64,000 nucleotides of DNA from Octopus vulgaris (taxonomy: Eukaryota): contig OX597842.1 in assembly GCA_951406725.2 (NCBI GenBank), forward strand, positions 992,001-1,056,000, given 5' to 3'. The translations under genes and the position numbers were made by a program. A model generated the notes under the pieces. That model was given only the letters and a program-made list of their open reading frames with translations. It searched no databases and was not told where the DNA came from. Of this stretch, positions 38,621 to 52,560 are shown one piece after another (positions within the stretch are counted from its first letter, which is position 1; each line of letters begins with the position of its first letter).

Positions 38621-39166
38621 GAATCACCGCATCTCCTTTACTTCACAGCTTCCTCAGTCCAGTCCAGTCCAGTTCACCCTCACTCAAACCCCCTGCTGTC
38701 CCTATTCCAAAAACGAAGTCCACGACCCTTCAGCCAATATTCACATTTTGTTTCTGCAGAGTGGAAGAGATGCTCTTCAGGCGGACACAAACAACACTTA
38801 CAAGTCCTCACTGCACCCTTTTTTTGCTGCAACTACTGCAGATGCAATGATGCATGAGACGAACTGCATCATGAAAATGCCAACCACTTTTGGAAAGAGT
38901 CTTCAAGTTTTACCATTTCTCTGCATCTGTTCCAGCAGAGCATTACTCTTTTTTTTACTCTTTTTTCACTTGTTTCAGTCATTTGACTGTGGCCATGCTG
39001 GAGCACCGCCTTTAGTCGAGCAAATCGACCCCGGGACTTATTCTTTGTAAGCCCAGTACTTATTCTATCGGTCTCTTTTGCCGAACCGCTAAGTGACGGG
39101 GACGTAAACACACCAGCATCGGTTGTCAAGCAATGCTAGGGGACAAACACAGACACACAAATATAT

Positions 39167-39219
<53 letters not shown>

Positions 39220-39284
39220 GGTCCCGGGTTGAGTCGGGGTTAACCACAGTAAATAAGGTACTCAATACATAGCAGAGTAAATTA

Positions 39285-39414
39285 ATTTATTATGTAGAAG
39301 GAGCTTCTACAGGACTAGAACTGTTTCATTCAAAAGAAATCATCAGGAAGCTCCTGATGATTTCTTTTGAATGAAACAGTTCTAGTCCTGTAGAAGCTCC
39401 TTCTACATAATAAA

Positions 39415-39415
<1 letters not shown>
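39285..39415. ncRNA. Perfect palindrome (64-bp arms, 3-nt centre) made of two head-to-head hammerhead motifs
   Basis: Minus strand GGAGCTTC-CTGATGA-TTTCTTTTGAAT-GAAA-CAG-TTCTAGTC-CTG-TA-GAAGCTCC (8-bp stem I). The mirror copy is on the + strand. Confidence 0.8.
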
Positions 39416-39465
<50 letters not shown>

Positions 39466-39621
39466 GACAGGCTTCTTTCAGTTTCCGTCTACCAAATCCA
39501 CTCACAAGGCATTGTGTGATATCTTGTCCACAGAGAAGAAACAAACAAACACGACTGAAAACAATACCTCCACCTTCGCTAAGGCAGAGGTAATAATAAT
39601 AATAATAATGATAATAATATA

Positions 39622-40209
39622 TAACAAGAGCATTCAAAGAGAGCAAATCTCAGCCAAGGCAACACCAATGTCCTCTCAATGATTAACCAGAGATGATTTT
39701 TAAAATGAGAATATCTGAAATAAACTCAACAGCTCTCAGAAAGGAGAATAATAAAAATGAACTTGATTGCTCACAAAAATTAAGTAAAAAAAATGAGAAA
39801 AATAATCCAGAATCCTTGTCCAGTACCAGATCAATCCCAAAATCTAATCAGTTTGTGCCAGTCATGAGGCCAACCATCCCTGAAAGTTTCATCTGAATCC
39901 ATCAAGTGGTTCTTGAGATGATTTTTAAAATGAGAATATCTGAAATAAACTCAGCTGTTCTCAGAAATGAGAATAAAATGGACCTGATTGCTCTCAAAAA
40001 TTAAGTAAAAAAATCTGGAAAAAAATCTAGAATCCTTATCCAGTACCGGACTGATCCCAAAATCTAATCAGTTTGTGCCAGTCCCAAAGCCAAACGTCCC
40101 TGAAAGTTTCATCCAAATCCATCCAGCAGTTCTTGAGATATTTTGTCCATGGACAAACAAGCAAGGTTGACTGAAAACAATACCTCCACCTTCACTAAGA
40201 GGGAGGTAA
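39622..40209. mobile_element. Helentron-type non-autonomous element (HINE/DINE-like) with a ~225-bp internal duplication
   Basis: Begins AACAAGAGCATTCA..CTCAGCCAAGGC and ends in the hairpin ACCTCCACCTTCACTAAGAGGGAGGT-AA. 39690-39915 is repeated at 39915-40140; a second end copy lies at 39515-39595. Confidence 0.6.
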
Positions 40210-40429
40210 TAATCCTTTTTACTATAGGCTCAAGACCTGTGACTTTAGGGGAGGGGACTAGTCAATTACATCGACCCCAAGCACACAACTAGTACTCACT
40301 TCATTGGCCCTGAAAGGAATTTGAACTCTGAACATAGTGGCAGATGAAATACCGCTAAGCATTTTGCCCAACCTACTAATGATTCTGCCAGTTTACTACC
40401 TGAATAATAAATAAAATTATTATCCTTAT

Positions 40430-40504
<75 letters not shown>

Positions 40505-40797
40505 TGATAATAATAATGATGATGAGGAGGAGGACGATGATGATGGTGATGATGACAGTAATAATGGTAACTATTATAATTATTTCTACTCTAGGCACAA
40601 GGCCTAGAAAATTTGGTGGGGAAGGGGCTAGCCGATTACACTGACCCCAGTGCATAACTGGTACTTATTTTATCAACTCTGAAAGAATGAAAGACAAAGC
40701 CAACCTCAGCAGAATTTGAACTCTGAACGTAGCTACAGATGAAATGCCGCTATGCATTTAACCTGGCCTGCTAATGATTCTGCCAGCTCACTACCTG

Positions 40798-40854
<57 letters not shown>

Positions 40855-42093
40855 CACACAGGACACAGAAGAGTAGAGAAAACAGTAATTCAGTGAAGGA
40901 GAAGTAGTGAGAATAATATCCCTGACTGAGAGGGAGTGAGAGAAAGTAACAGCAATGAGAGAAAGGAAGGGGTAATAAATGAATAAGGAAGGAAAGGGTG
41001 AAAAAAATAATCAGCATTTCAATTCTGTGTGAGTATATATGTGTGAATGTAAAAGGAAGGTATGTGAATATTTGTATGTGTCTGTGTGTGTATGCAATGG
41101 AAGTAGGATGGTGAACATTCAGCACTGAAAAGAAAGATCAAACAGCATTTCAACTCTGTGTGACATATGTGTGCATGTACAAGGGAAGTATGTGAATGTA
41201 TGTGTGATTATTATTTGTCTTATTTTGTATCTTATTTATATATAAAATATTACAATTAGCCGACATTATTGACAACACGTGGTTAGCTAGTTAATAATAA
41301 TAATGATGATGATGATGATGGTGATGATGGTGATGATAGCAATAATAATGTTAATTATGATAATGACTATAAACTCAACATTGTGACATCAAACTTCGCA
41401 CCAAACAGCACGTGTTCCTAAAAACACAATCAAGAAACTCTAAACTTTCCCCAAGAAAAATTAAATATTAATAGCTAAAATTCTATGCAGATCTTCACAC
41501 CTTGCCAGCATGCAGCTGTTTAACACCTAGGCCAAACTAAGCTATTCCCAAATTGCTGTAAAAGAAAGAAATCTAAGTACCCACAGTCATAAAATACTCA
41601 AGCAAGGTGATAACATTACAGTCGTTAAACACCATGTTATTTCGAGTTATTCCTAGCAACTATAAAATGACAATAACTACTGCTGATGTTGTTGTTACGA
41701 TTAGACAGCCTGTATTCCTGATGATGAGGCTGAGAGAGTCTTGCAGCATTGAAGAAAGGTGATCAATTCTTTTTAGCTTTTTATATTTTACTTGTTTCAG
41801 TTATTGGACTGTGGCCATGCTGGGGTACCACCTTGAAGGGTTTAGTCAAATACATTATCCCCAGGGCTTATTTACTGGTAAATATTTGTGGTAATTATTC
41901 TATATGTTGCTTTTGCCAAACTGCTAAGTTACAGGATGGGGAAAATACAACACAAACACACTGATACACACACAGATACACATACATACACACACACACA
42001 TATATATATTTAATAATTAAGAATAAAATCTTTAAGATTTTCTCAAGTAGTCAGCATGTATAAGTAATATTTAATACAAATATATATAATTAT

Positions 42094-42134
<41 letters not shown>

Positions 42135-42168
<34 letters not shown>

Positions 42169-42229
42169 TAGAAAAATAGATAGACAGATAGATAGATAGA
42201 TAGATAGATAGAGAGATAGATAGATAAAC

Positions 42230-42320
<91 letters not shown>

Positions 42321-42325
42321 CAGAT
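42135..42325. repeat. (GA)n/(GATA)n microsatellite
   Basis: Directly visible. Confidence 0.95.
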
Positions 42326-42419
42326 TAGATATTTATAATGATATATGTATTTGCATATATTACAGAGGTGTACTTGCATAGCAGTGACCTGATCTGAGAT
42401 TGTATGCTGAAACAAAAAC

Positions 42420-42700
42420 ATTTGCAGCGTTGAAGGTGTTTATAAGCCATTTAAGAAACACACAAAAACAATTAGATTCACTTCAACATTTAAATTTAAT
42501 TTACCAAAATATTGTCATTGCTTTGAGACTGTGACCTGATCACTGACAAAGTTGTGATGCAGCACAGAGTTTTGTCAGTGAACAAGTTGCGGTCTCAAAG
42601 CAATGAAAATATTTTGACAAATTAAATTTAAATGTTGAAGTGAATCTAATGTTTTTTCTAAGTTTTTAAATGGCTTATAAACATCTTCCACACTGCAATT
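42420..42700. repeat. ~130-bp-arm imperfect inverted repeat
   Basis: TTAGATTCACTTCAACATTTAAATTTAATTT..CACTGACAAA is mirrored by TTTGTCAGTG..AAATTAAATTTAAATGTTGAAGTGAATCTAA. Confidence 0.88.
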
Positions 42701-43069
42701 GTATATGCATATATATATATGTGTGCCTGTGTGTGTAAGTATATATATCTATCTACATACATATATAAACAAACCAGAAAGGCTTTGTAAGTTACAAATA
42801 CTATATGTAGTATTAGACAGTTGATTCATTAAATTTGGTCGAAACTGATGGGTGAGGAGTTGGTCAAATTGGATGCGCAAGGAACCATGTTAGCGTTGAT
42901 TTGTAGGTTCAATTCTGGCTAGGGTTTGCTCATCATTTTCCGGTCATTTGTTTGTATTTAAAAATTATTGATTCAAATCAGAGAATATATATTATTATGA
43001 TATATTATTATACAGATATATATCTATCTACACACACACATATATTTATATGTATCTCTTTCTCTCTTT

Positions 43070-43478
43070 TTCTCTTTTTACTTGTTTCAGTCATTTGACT
43101 GTGGTCATGCTGGAGCACCGCCTTTAGTCGAGCAAATCGACCCCAGGACTTATTCTTTGTAAGCCCAGTACTTATTCTATCGGTCTCTTTTGCTGTACCG
43201 CTAAGTGACGGAGACGTAAACACACCAGCATCGGTTGTCAAGCAATGCTAGAGGGACAAACACAGACATACAAACGTATACACACACACACATATATATA
43301 TATATACATATATACGACAGGCTTCTTTCAGTTTCCGTCCACGAAATCCACTCCCAAGGCTTTGGTTGGCCCGAGGCTATAGCAGAAGACACTTGCCTAA
43401 GATGCTACGCAGTGGGACTGAACCCGGAACCATGTGGGTGGTTAGCAAGCTACTTACCACACAGCCACTCCTGCGCCT
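43070..43478 (-). mobile_element. SINE A
   Basis: Complete copy. Confidence 0.9.
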
Positions 43479-44184
43479 GTATGTATATAATGGGCTTTTT
43501 CAGTTTCTATCAATGAAGTCCTTTGGACAGTTTAAGGCTATAGTAGCAGGCACTTGCCCTCCAGAGTGCCACACAGTGGGACTGAACCCAGAACCATGTG
43601 GTTGGGAAGCAAACTTCTTACCACAAAGCCATGCTAGTGTGAACAAAACATTTATAGCAATCAGATAAAAACAATAGCAAAAATATTAAATTGTGGGAAA
43701 TCTATGATTAATAAATAAAAATTTTGATGCTGAGACAAAAAAATTAAAAGAAAAATACAAAGTCTATTGTGGAAACTGGAGAGTTGAAATAGCTGTATGT
43801 TTAATAACACATTGAGAAAAACGTTTGATTTCCCTATAGACACACAGACACACATACATACATAGATATATACATACATACATACATAAACACACACACA
43901 CATATATATATATATACATATAGAGTGATAGAGAGACTGATAGATAGATATGAGAAGTATATGGGCAAATCTGTGTAAATGTGTATAAGGATGTGTTCAG
44001 CTATTTGTGTTGTACATACACACACACATGTAAATATATAGATTTACATGCATGTGTGTATACATATGTATATTTATGTATAATGCATGTGTGTATATAC
44101 ATATATATATATATATTTGTATATATGTATGTATATATATATATGTATGTATGTATAATGCATGTGTATATATGCGCATATATA

Positions 44185-44238
<54 letters not shown>

Positions 44239-45124
44239 AATATGTATATTATATGTATGTATATATATGTGTACATATACTTATATATATGTATGTATAT
44301 GTATGTATGTATGTATATATATATGTATATAGATATATGTACACATGTATATATATATATATTTACACACACACATATATATATATATATATAGGTATGT
44401 GTTAGTATAAGACCATAAGTGTATATATATGTGTGTGTGTATGTGTGCATATATATGTATATACATATATATATACACACATACATATATATATATATAA
44501 CTATATATACACACACACTCACACACCACCTGGACAATTATAACACTACAAACATACACATGCACACAAACACACACAGACGTACACATACACACACATG
44601 AACAAACATATACACTCGTACATGCACAAGCACACACAGCATCCTGAAAAATACAAATCACACACATACATACACACATATACATGCACCACCTTGCTAA
44701 ATATAAAGCACACACATACACAGACCCATACAAACACACATACCACACTGAACTCTAAGACCAGTCAAAAACCACCACACACATACACAAGCATAGATAC
44801 ACACACACACACACACACACAGACATACCATCTTGAATTCTAAGACCAGTTGAAAAACCACTGAACCATGACAGACTAGCCCAGAAACAAAACAATCCTT
44901 TTGATTCCACAAACTTTTCAAAATCAGATCATATGAATGCTCCCTCCCAACCAACCTCCCACACTATTTCTAAAAATAGCAGCCATCCTTGCAACACACA
45001 CACAAGAATGGAGATGAAGAGAAAAGGTTGGTCATTCCCCTAAAATTCTTATAAAAAATTATAATTTCTGATGAACTTTTGACAAAACGCCCTTCTACAA
45101 ATTCTTTCTGTATATATGCTTACT

Positions 45125-45555
45125 TTTTACTCTTTTACTTGTTTCAGTCATTTGACTGTGGCCATGCTGGAGCACCGCCTTTAGTTGAGCAAGTCAACCC
45201 CAGGACTTATTCTTTGGAAACCTAGTACTTATTGTATCGGTCTCTTGTGCTGAACCGCTAAGTTACGGGGATGTAAACAAACCACCATCAGTTGAAAAGC
45301 GATGTTTGGGGGGACAAACACAGACACACAAACATATACAAATACATACATACCTATACATATATATATATATATATACATATATACGATGGGCTTCTTT
45401 CAGTTTCTGTCTACCAAATCCACTCACAAGGCTTTGGTCGGCCTGAGGCTATAGTAGAAGACACTTGCCCAAGATGCCATACAATGGGAATGAACCAAGA
45501 ACCATGTGGTTCGTAAGCTAGCTACTTACCACACAGCCACTCCTGTGCTTATATA

Positions 45556-45609
<54 letters not shown>

Positions 45610-46175
45610 CTCTTTTACTTGTTTCAGTCATTTGACTGTGGTCATGCTGGAGCACCACCTTTAGTCGAGCAAATTGACCCCGGGACTTATTCTTTGTAAG
45701 CCTAGTACTTATTCGACCGGTCCCTTTTGCCGAACCGCTAAGTGACGGGGATGTAAACACACCAGCATCAGTTGTCAAGCAATGGTAGGGGGACAAACAC
45801 AAACACATACACACAAATACATACATGCACATACATATATACAGCAGGCTTCTTTCAGTTTCCGTTTACCAAATCCACTCACAAGGCATTGGTCGGCCCA
45901 AGGCTATAGCAGAAGACACTTGCCCAAGGTACCACGCAGTGGGACTGAACCCGGAACCATGTGGTTGGTAAGCAAGCTACTTACCACACAGCCACTCCTA
46001 CGCCTAGATACGACAGGCTTCTTTCAGTTTCAGTCTACAAAATACACTCATAAGGCTTTGGTTGGCCTGAGAGCTATAGTAGAAAACACTTGCCCAAGGT
46101 GCCACGCAGTGGGACTGAACCCGGAACCATGTGGTTGGTTAGCAAGCTACTTACCACACAGCCACTCCTGCACCT
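45125..46175 (-). mobile_element. Cluster of two full SINE A copies plus an extra head
   Basis: 45125-45550, 45610-46005, and a head-only copy at 46008-46175. Confidence 0.88.
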
Positions 46176-46572
46176 AAACAATTATGATTTCTGATTAACT
46201 TATACATAATTAGGAACTTAATTTCCTGCCTATTTTGAACACTTTTATGTAAACTGTTTACACACAAAGCCTCTCTTAATATTTTCTAATCATTTAATAC
46301 CTCAATGCTAACTTATCCTTAATACCACAAAGTCTACACAAAGCCTTACACTTTATTTTTGAAAATCTTTTTTTAAAAAAAAAGTGAAACCGGTCAAGTC
46401 AATAAATATCTTTAAAAGACCTTCGCATTTTTTCAAATGCTCTCCCCTCTCTCTCTCTCTCTATGTATTTGGCTGCACTAGCACGGAATATGATCTCTCT
46501 GATACCGTTAGGTGAAGAGATATTTTCCAGTGCCTTCAAATTTAATATTTAATAATTAATATTTGAGGAATC

Positions 46573-46663
46573 CCACGATGAAGAGCCGAAAATGATCGGG
46601 TAAGGTATAATCATTTATTATTTATTCTTTATACTGATCTAATTCTGAAACGTGCGTACGTGG
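46573..46663 (+). ncRNA. Hammerhead-like motif with long stem II and a C3A core variant
   Basis: CCACG-ATGAAGA-(62 nt)-GAAA-CGTGCG-TA-CGTGG; 5-bp perfect stem I, near-palindromic stem III. Confidence 0.6.
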
Positions 46664-46842
46664 TTAACCTAATATCGATTGATTTTAGTTATTTTTCCCT
46701 TTTGCCTGCGTGGATTGTTTTCAAGTACTTTGGTTTTTCTGGGAGCCCCTTTTAAAGTAGAAGGAATAGCTAAGATTTTTTGACTGCTATTTCTAAACTT
46801 CGGTATGTGGTGAAGCAAATCTTTGCTGAACCCTAATTATAA

Positions 46843-46898
<56 letters not shown>

Positions 46899-46988
46899 GT
46901 TAATCCAAACAAGAAAACACAAAAAAACACAACAATGCGAGGACGTGGAACAAATATAGTATTATTGGACGCTCAGGAAAGAAGGACG

Positions 46989-47023
46989 ATTTAACGTTTC
47001 GAGCAGAGCTCTTCGTCAGAAAC
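46989..47023 (-). ncRNA. Minimal hammerhead motif (same family as 24355)
   Basis: Minus strand GTTT-CTGACGA-A-GAGC-TCT-GCTC-GAAA-CGT-T-AAAT, in a repeat (46897-47085) abutting (TA)n. Confidence 0.72.
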
Positions 47024-47171
47024 AAAGGAAACGGAAAGATCCAGAGAAGGGAAGACAGAGGAAAAAAGTCGCCAACGGTACACAAGCGAGTATTAGGGAG
47101 TATAACTCCAAACTTACAGGGAAAAATTCAACTTAGTATTAAATCAAATTTCACAATATAAATATATAAAA

Positions 47172-47370
47172 TATAAATTAGAGATAAAACCACTGTTATG
47201 CAACTCAAACAATGATAGACATAAAGCAAAATATAAATAACAAATAAAATATATTCTTAGAGATCTTGTTATATGAATTATTAAAATATATTTTATTTGT
47301 TATTTATGGTTTGGTTTATGTCTATCACTGTCTGAGTTTCATAATAGTGGTTTTATCTCTAATTTATTTG
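47172..47370. repeat. ~80-bp-arm inverted repeat; family recurs at 51660-51930
   Basis: TAAATTAGAGATAAAACCACT..AAAATATATT is mirrored by AATATATTTT..AGTGGTTTTATCTCTAATTTA. Confidence 0.85.
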
Positions 47371-47399
47371 TTATATGTGTGTTTGGGTGTGTGTGTGAA

Positions 47400-47730
47400 G
47401 GCACATGGCTCAGTGGTTAGAGCGCAGAGCTTACGATCATGAGGTTGTGATTTTGATTCCTGAACCAGGCTGTGTTGTGTTCTTGAGCAAGACACTTTAT
47501 TTCTCGTTGCTCCAGTTCACTCAGCTGTAGAAATGAGTTGCAATGTCACTGGTGCCAAGCTGTATCGGCCCCTTTGCCTTTCCTTTGGATAACATCAGTG
47601 ACATAAAGAGGGGAGGCCGGTATGCATGGGCGACTGCTGGTCTTCCATAAAAAACCTTGCCTGGTCTTGTGCCATGGAGGGTAACTTTCTAGGTGCAGTC
47701 CCACAGTCAGTCATGACTGAAGAGGGGTCT
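47400..47730 (+). mobile_element. tRNA-derived SINE of a third family
   Basis: A box TGGCTCAGTGG, decayed B box, then TGTGTTCTTGAGCAAGACACTTTA..GCTCCAGTTCACTCAGCTG. Confidence 0.75.
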
Positions 47731-47930
47731 CCTTCTCATATATATATATAAGAATATATATTTATATTCTTGCATTTTTTTATTCTTTTACTTGTTTCTT
47801 TTACTTGTGTATATGTGGCCATGCTGGAGCACCATATTTTTAGTCGAAGAAATCAACCAGACACAAACATAAAAACAAATATACACATATATCTATATCT
47901 ATCTATCTATCTATATATATATATATATAT

Positions 47931-48323
47931 AGGAGTGGCTATGTGGTAAGTAGCTTGCTTACCAACCACATGGTTCCTGGTTCAGTCCCACTGCGTGGCA
48001 TCTTGGGCAAGTGTCTTCTACTATAGCCTCGGACCGACCAAAGCCTTGTGAGTGGATTTGGGGGATGGAATCTAAAAGAAGCCCGTCGTATATATGTATA
48101 TATATATATGTGTATGTGCATGTTTGTGTGTTTGTGTTTGTGCCCCCAACATCGCTTGACAACCGATGCTGGTGTGTTTACGTCCCCGTAACTTAGCGGT
48201 TCGGCAAAAAGAGACCGATAAAATAAGTACTAGGCTTACAAAGAATAAGTCCTGGGGTCGATTTGATCGACTAAAGGTGGTGCTCCAGCATGGCCACAGT
48301 CACATGATTGAAACAAGTAAAAG
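47931..48323 (+). mobile_element. SINE A
   Basis: Complete copy. Confidence 0.9.
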
Positions 48324-48719
48324 TGTATATACACGATGGGCTTCTTTCCGTTTCCATCTACCAAATCCACTTGCAAAAGCTTTGCTCAGCATAAGGCTAT
48401 AATAGAAGACACTTACCCAAATTACCACGCAGTGGGACTGAACCCAGAACCATGCGGTTGGGAAGCAAGCTCCTTACCACACAGCTGCCAGTGCACACAG
48501 AAAATATATCTTGTATCTTTCATCTGCTACTTGTTTTAGTCATTAGACTGTGGCCATGCTGGGCCACTGCTTTGAAGAATTTTTAGTTGAATGAATCTAC
48601 CCCAATGCTTTATTGTTTTAAGCTTGGTTTCTTTTGCCGAACCATTAGGGTACTGGCATGCAACCTCACCAATACCATTTGACAAGTAGTACTGAGGGAC
48701 ACACAGACACACACACATG

Positions 48720-49230
48720 AGAAGCTTCTTCCAGTTTCCATCTACCAATTCTACTCACAAGGCTTTGGTCGACTCAAGGCTATAGTAGAAGACATTTGCC
48801 CAAGGTACCACTTAGTAGGACTGAACCTGGAACCTTGTGGTTGGTAAGCAAGCTTCTTACCACACAGCCACGCCTGGACCAAATGTAACACACACACACA
48901 CACACGACAAGCTTCTTCCAGTTTCCATCAACCAATTCTAGTCACAAGGCTTTGGTCGACTCAAGGCGATAGTAGAAGACATTTGCTCAAGGTACCACTA
49001 AGTGGGACTGAACATAGAACCATGTGGTTGGTAAGCAAGCTTCTTACCACAGAGCCATGCCTGGACCAAATGTAACACACACACACACGACAAGCTTCTT
49101 CCAGTTTCCATCTACCAATTCTAGTCACAAGGCTATAGAAGACACTTGCTCAAGGTACCACACAGTGGGACTGAACCTAGAACCTTGTGGTTGGGAAGCA
49201 AGCTTCTTACCACAGAGCCACGCCTGGACC
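48720..49230 (-). repeat. Three tandem SINE A-type head modules
   Basis: AAGCTTCTTCCAGTTTCCATC...GCCTGGACC recurs at ~48722, 48909 and 49092 with shared private variants. Confidence 0.85.
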
Positions 49231-49608
49231 TTATATAACACACACACACACACACATATATGTATATACACAAAGAAGTGATGCAGTAAGGAATATTTCT
49301 GCCACCCCATCTACCCCATGGTGGGATTCTCATATTCTCATGGCGTTTGTCCAAGCTCGTATCATTTGATTTACTTTATGAAATATCCAGTGACTGATAT
49401 CTGTCCGTGGTGATATCTGTGCGAGATAAACACTGCTGGAAGGAAACTGATATCGTTTCGGACACTTTAGTGTGATAATTTACGATGTATAAAAGTGATA
49501 CATCGATATCAAATGGGGAGATACATAATCTCATTTCTGATTAAGTTAGAGGATAACTATTCCGCAGGGGATAGCTTGATATCACAAATACGTGGCGTAT
49601 GTGTATGA

Positions 49609-49687
<79 letters not shown>

Positions 49688-50043
49688 AGTATGTATATAT
49701 ATATATATATATGTATATGTATGGATGATGATGATGATGATGTATATACAAATATATACACACACACACACACCTCACACACACATATATACCGTGGTCT
49801 TATACTAATACATACTATTTATATACATACACTCAAACATATCTGCTTCAAACAAAGCTAGACATAATAAACATAATGCCATGAGTATGGATATGTGTGT
49901 ATACACACAGCCAGACATATACAGTATTTTATATATATATATTTATATAACATATATATGCATATATATATGTATGTATTTATGTATTATATTATGTTAT
50001 AAAATGTATTATATATATATATATACAAGTATATATATATATA

Positions 50044-50087
<44 letters not shown>

Positions 50088-50519
50088 ACATATACATGCA
50101 TATATATATGTATGTATTTATGTATTATATTATGTTATAAATATATGTATTATACACATATATATATACATGTATATATATATATATATGAATGTATATA
50201 TATATATATATATATATTATATTATGCTATAAATATATGTTATGTATACATATATATATGTATTATACAGTTATACATATATTTTTTATGATATATACGT
50301 ATATATATATGTATGTATATACACATACTTTAGGGGTGGGGTTACTCTGTTTCTACTCAGAGTTTCGTGTCTGTCTCCTCTTATTATTTTATAATTGGTT
50401 TCCGATATATGAGATGTGGTTGATACAGTGTATAATATTTACGAGCGGTCAGTTGTTTACGAGTGATCAATTGAAAAAACATTGAAGGAAAATTACATAA
50501 AATTTTTTTATACACATAC

Positions 50520-50925
50520 GGAGTGGCTGTGTGGTAAGTAGCTTGCTTACCAACCACATGGTTCCGGGTTCACTCCCACTGCGTGGTATCTTGGGTAAGT
50601 GTCTTCTGCTATAGCCTTGGGCCGACCAATGCCTTGTGAGTGGATTTGGTAGACGGAAACTGAAAGAAGCTTGTCGTATATATGTATATATATATATAAG
50701 TGTGTGTGTATATATTTGTGTGTCTGTGTTTGTCCTCCTAGCATTGCTTGACAACCGATGCTGGTGTGTTTACGTCCCTGTAACTTAGCGGTCCGGCAAA
50801 AGAGACCGATAGAATAAGTACTGGGCTTACAACAGAATAAGTTCCGGGGTCGATTTGATCGTATAAAGGCGGTGCTCCAGCATGGCCGCAGTCAAATGAC
50901 TGAAACAAGTAAAAGAGTAAAGAGT
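50520..50925 (+). mobile_element. SINE A
   Basis: Complete copy. Confidence 0.9.
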
Positions 50926-50965
50926 ATACACGCATACAAACACACACATACATATGTACTTATGT

Positions 50966-51002
<37 letters not shown>

Positions 51003-51029
51003 ACATGTGTGTGTCTGTGCGTGTCCATG

Positions 51030-51079
<50 letters not shown>

Positions 51080-51780
51080 CATGGACACGCACAGACACAC
51101 ACATGTTAACATACACATATACAAGGTGCATTCCAGAAGTTTTGAGACTTTTTTAGTAGAAGCAGTTATGACAGTCCTAGATAATTGTAATTTTATTATA
51201 TCGCTACAATACATCTAATAAGCTGACCTGCCACATTTTGTTATTCCAGATTGAAGGAGACGGTTGTAGGAGCACTTTTGAATGCGCGTCACGCCTGCCT
51301 GGTTTGTAGGATGTAGTTGAGATGTAGAGACAACTTCGAGGTTCACTAAATAGTAAATTCTGGTGTTAAACTAGACAAAAACACAATACGAGATGGTATC
51401 CAAAAGTTCCTGGTCTCTTTTACTCTTTTACTTGTTTCAGTCATTTGACTGTGGCCATGCTGGAGCACCGCCTTTTAGTCGAGAAAATCAACCCCAGTTT
51501 TTCTTCATTGGAGGCCTAGTACTTATTGTATCGGTCTCTTTTGACGAACCACTAAGTCACAGGGACATAAACACACCACCATCAGTTGTCAAGTGATGTT
51601 GCGGGGACAAACACAGACACACAAACATACACACACAAACACACATATATATATATATATAAATTAGAGAAAAACCACTATTATGTAATTCAAACAATGA
51701 TAGACATAAACCAAATCATAAAGAAAAAATAAAATATATTTTAAAACATAACTAAATCACAAAAAGTACAAAAATGAATA

Positions 51781-51818
<38 letters not shown>

Positions 51819-51959
51819 AGTTGTTTTTCTCTCATTTATATATATTATATATTTATATTGTGAAATTTTTTTAATACTAAATTGAATTTTTCCCTGTAAG
51901 TTTGGAATTATACTCCCTAATATTATTGTTATTATATATATATATATTTTTTTTACTTA

Positions 51960-52546
51960 CTTTTTTTACTTACTTGTTTCAGTCATGTGACTGCGGCCAT
52001 GCTGGAGCACCGCCTTTAGTCGAGCAAATCGACCCCGGGACTTATTCTTTGTAAGCCCAGTACTTATTTTATCGGTCTCTTTTGCCGAACTGCTAAGTGA
52101 CGGGGACGTAAACACACCAGCATCAGTTGTCAAGCAATGCTAGGGGGACAAACACAGACATACAAACACACACACACACACATACATATATATATATACA
52201 TATATACGACAGGCTTCTTTCAGTTTCCGTCTACCAAAACCACTCACAAGGCATTGGTCGGCCCGGGGCTATAGCAGAAGACACTTGCCCAAGATGCCAC
52301 GCAGTGGGACTGAACCCGGAACCATGTGGTTGGTTAGCAAGCTACTTACCACACAGCCACTCCTGCGCCTTATACATATATATGATGGTCTTCTTACAGT
52401 TTCCGTCTACCAAATCCACACACAAGGCTTTGGTTGGCCTGAGGCTATAGTAGAAGACACTTGCCCAAGGTGCCATGCAATGGGACTGAACCCAGAACCA
52501 TGTGGTTGGTAAGCAAGCTACTTACCACACAGCCACTCCTGCACCT
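51960..52546 (-). mobile_element. SINE A plus an extra head module
   Basis: Full copy at 51960-52370; second head at 52380-52546. Confidence 0.88.
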
Positions 52547-52560
52547 ACAAGGATAGAAAG

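Noticed and set aside
47400-47470. tRNA genes at SINE heads (also 8050-8125, 42850-42930, 54250-54325)
   Set aside because: A/B boxes are present but cloverleaf pairing is broken, and most continue into SINE bodies or simple-repeat tails.
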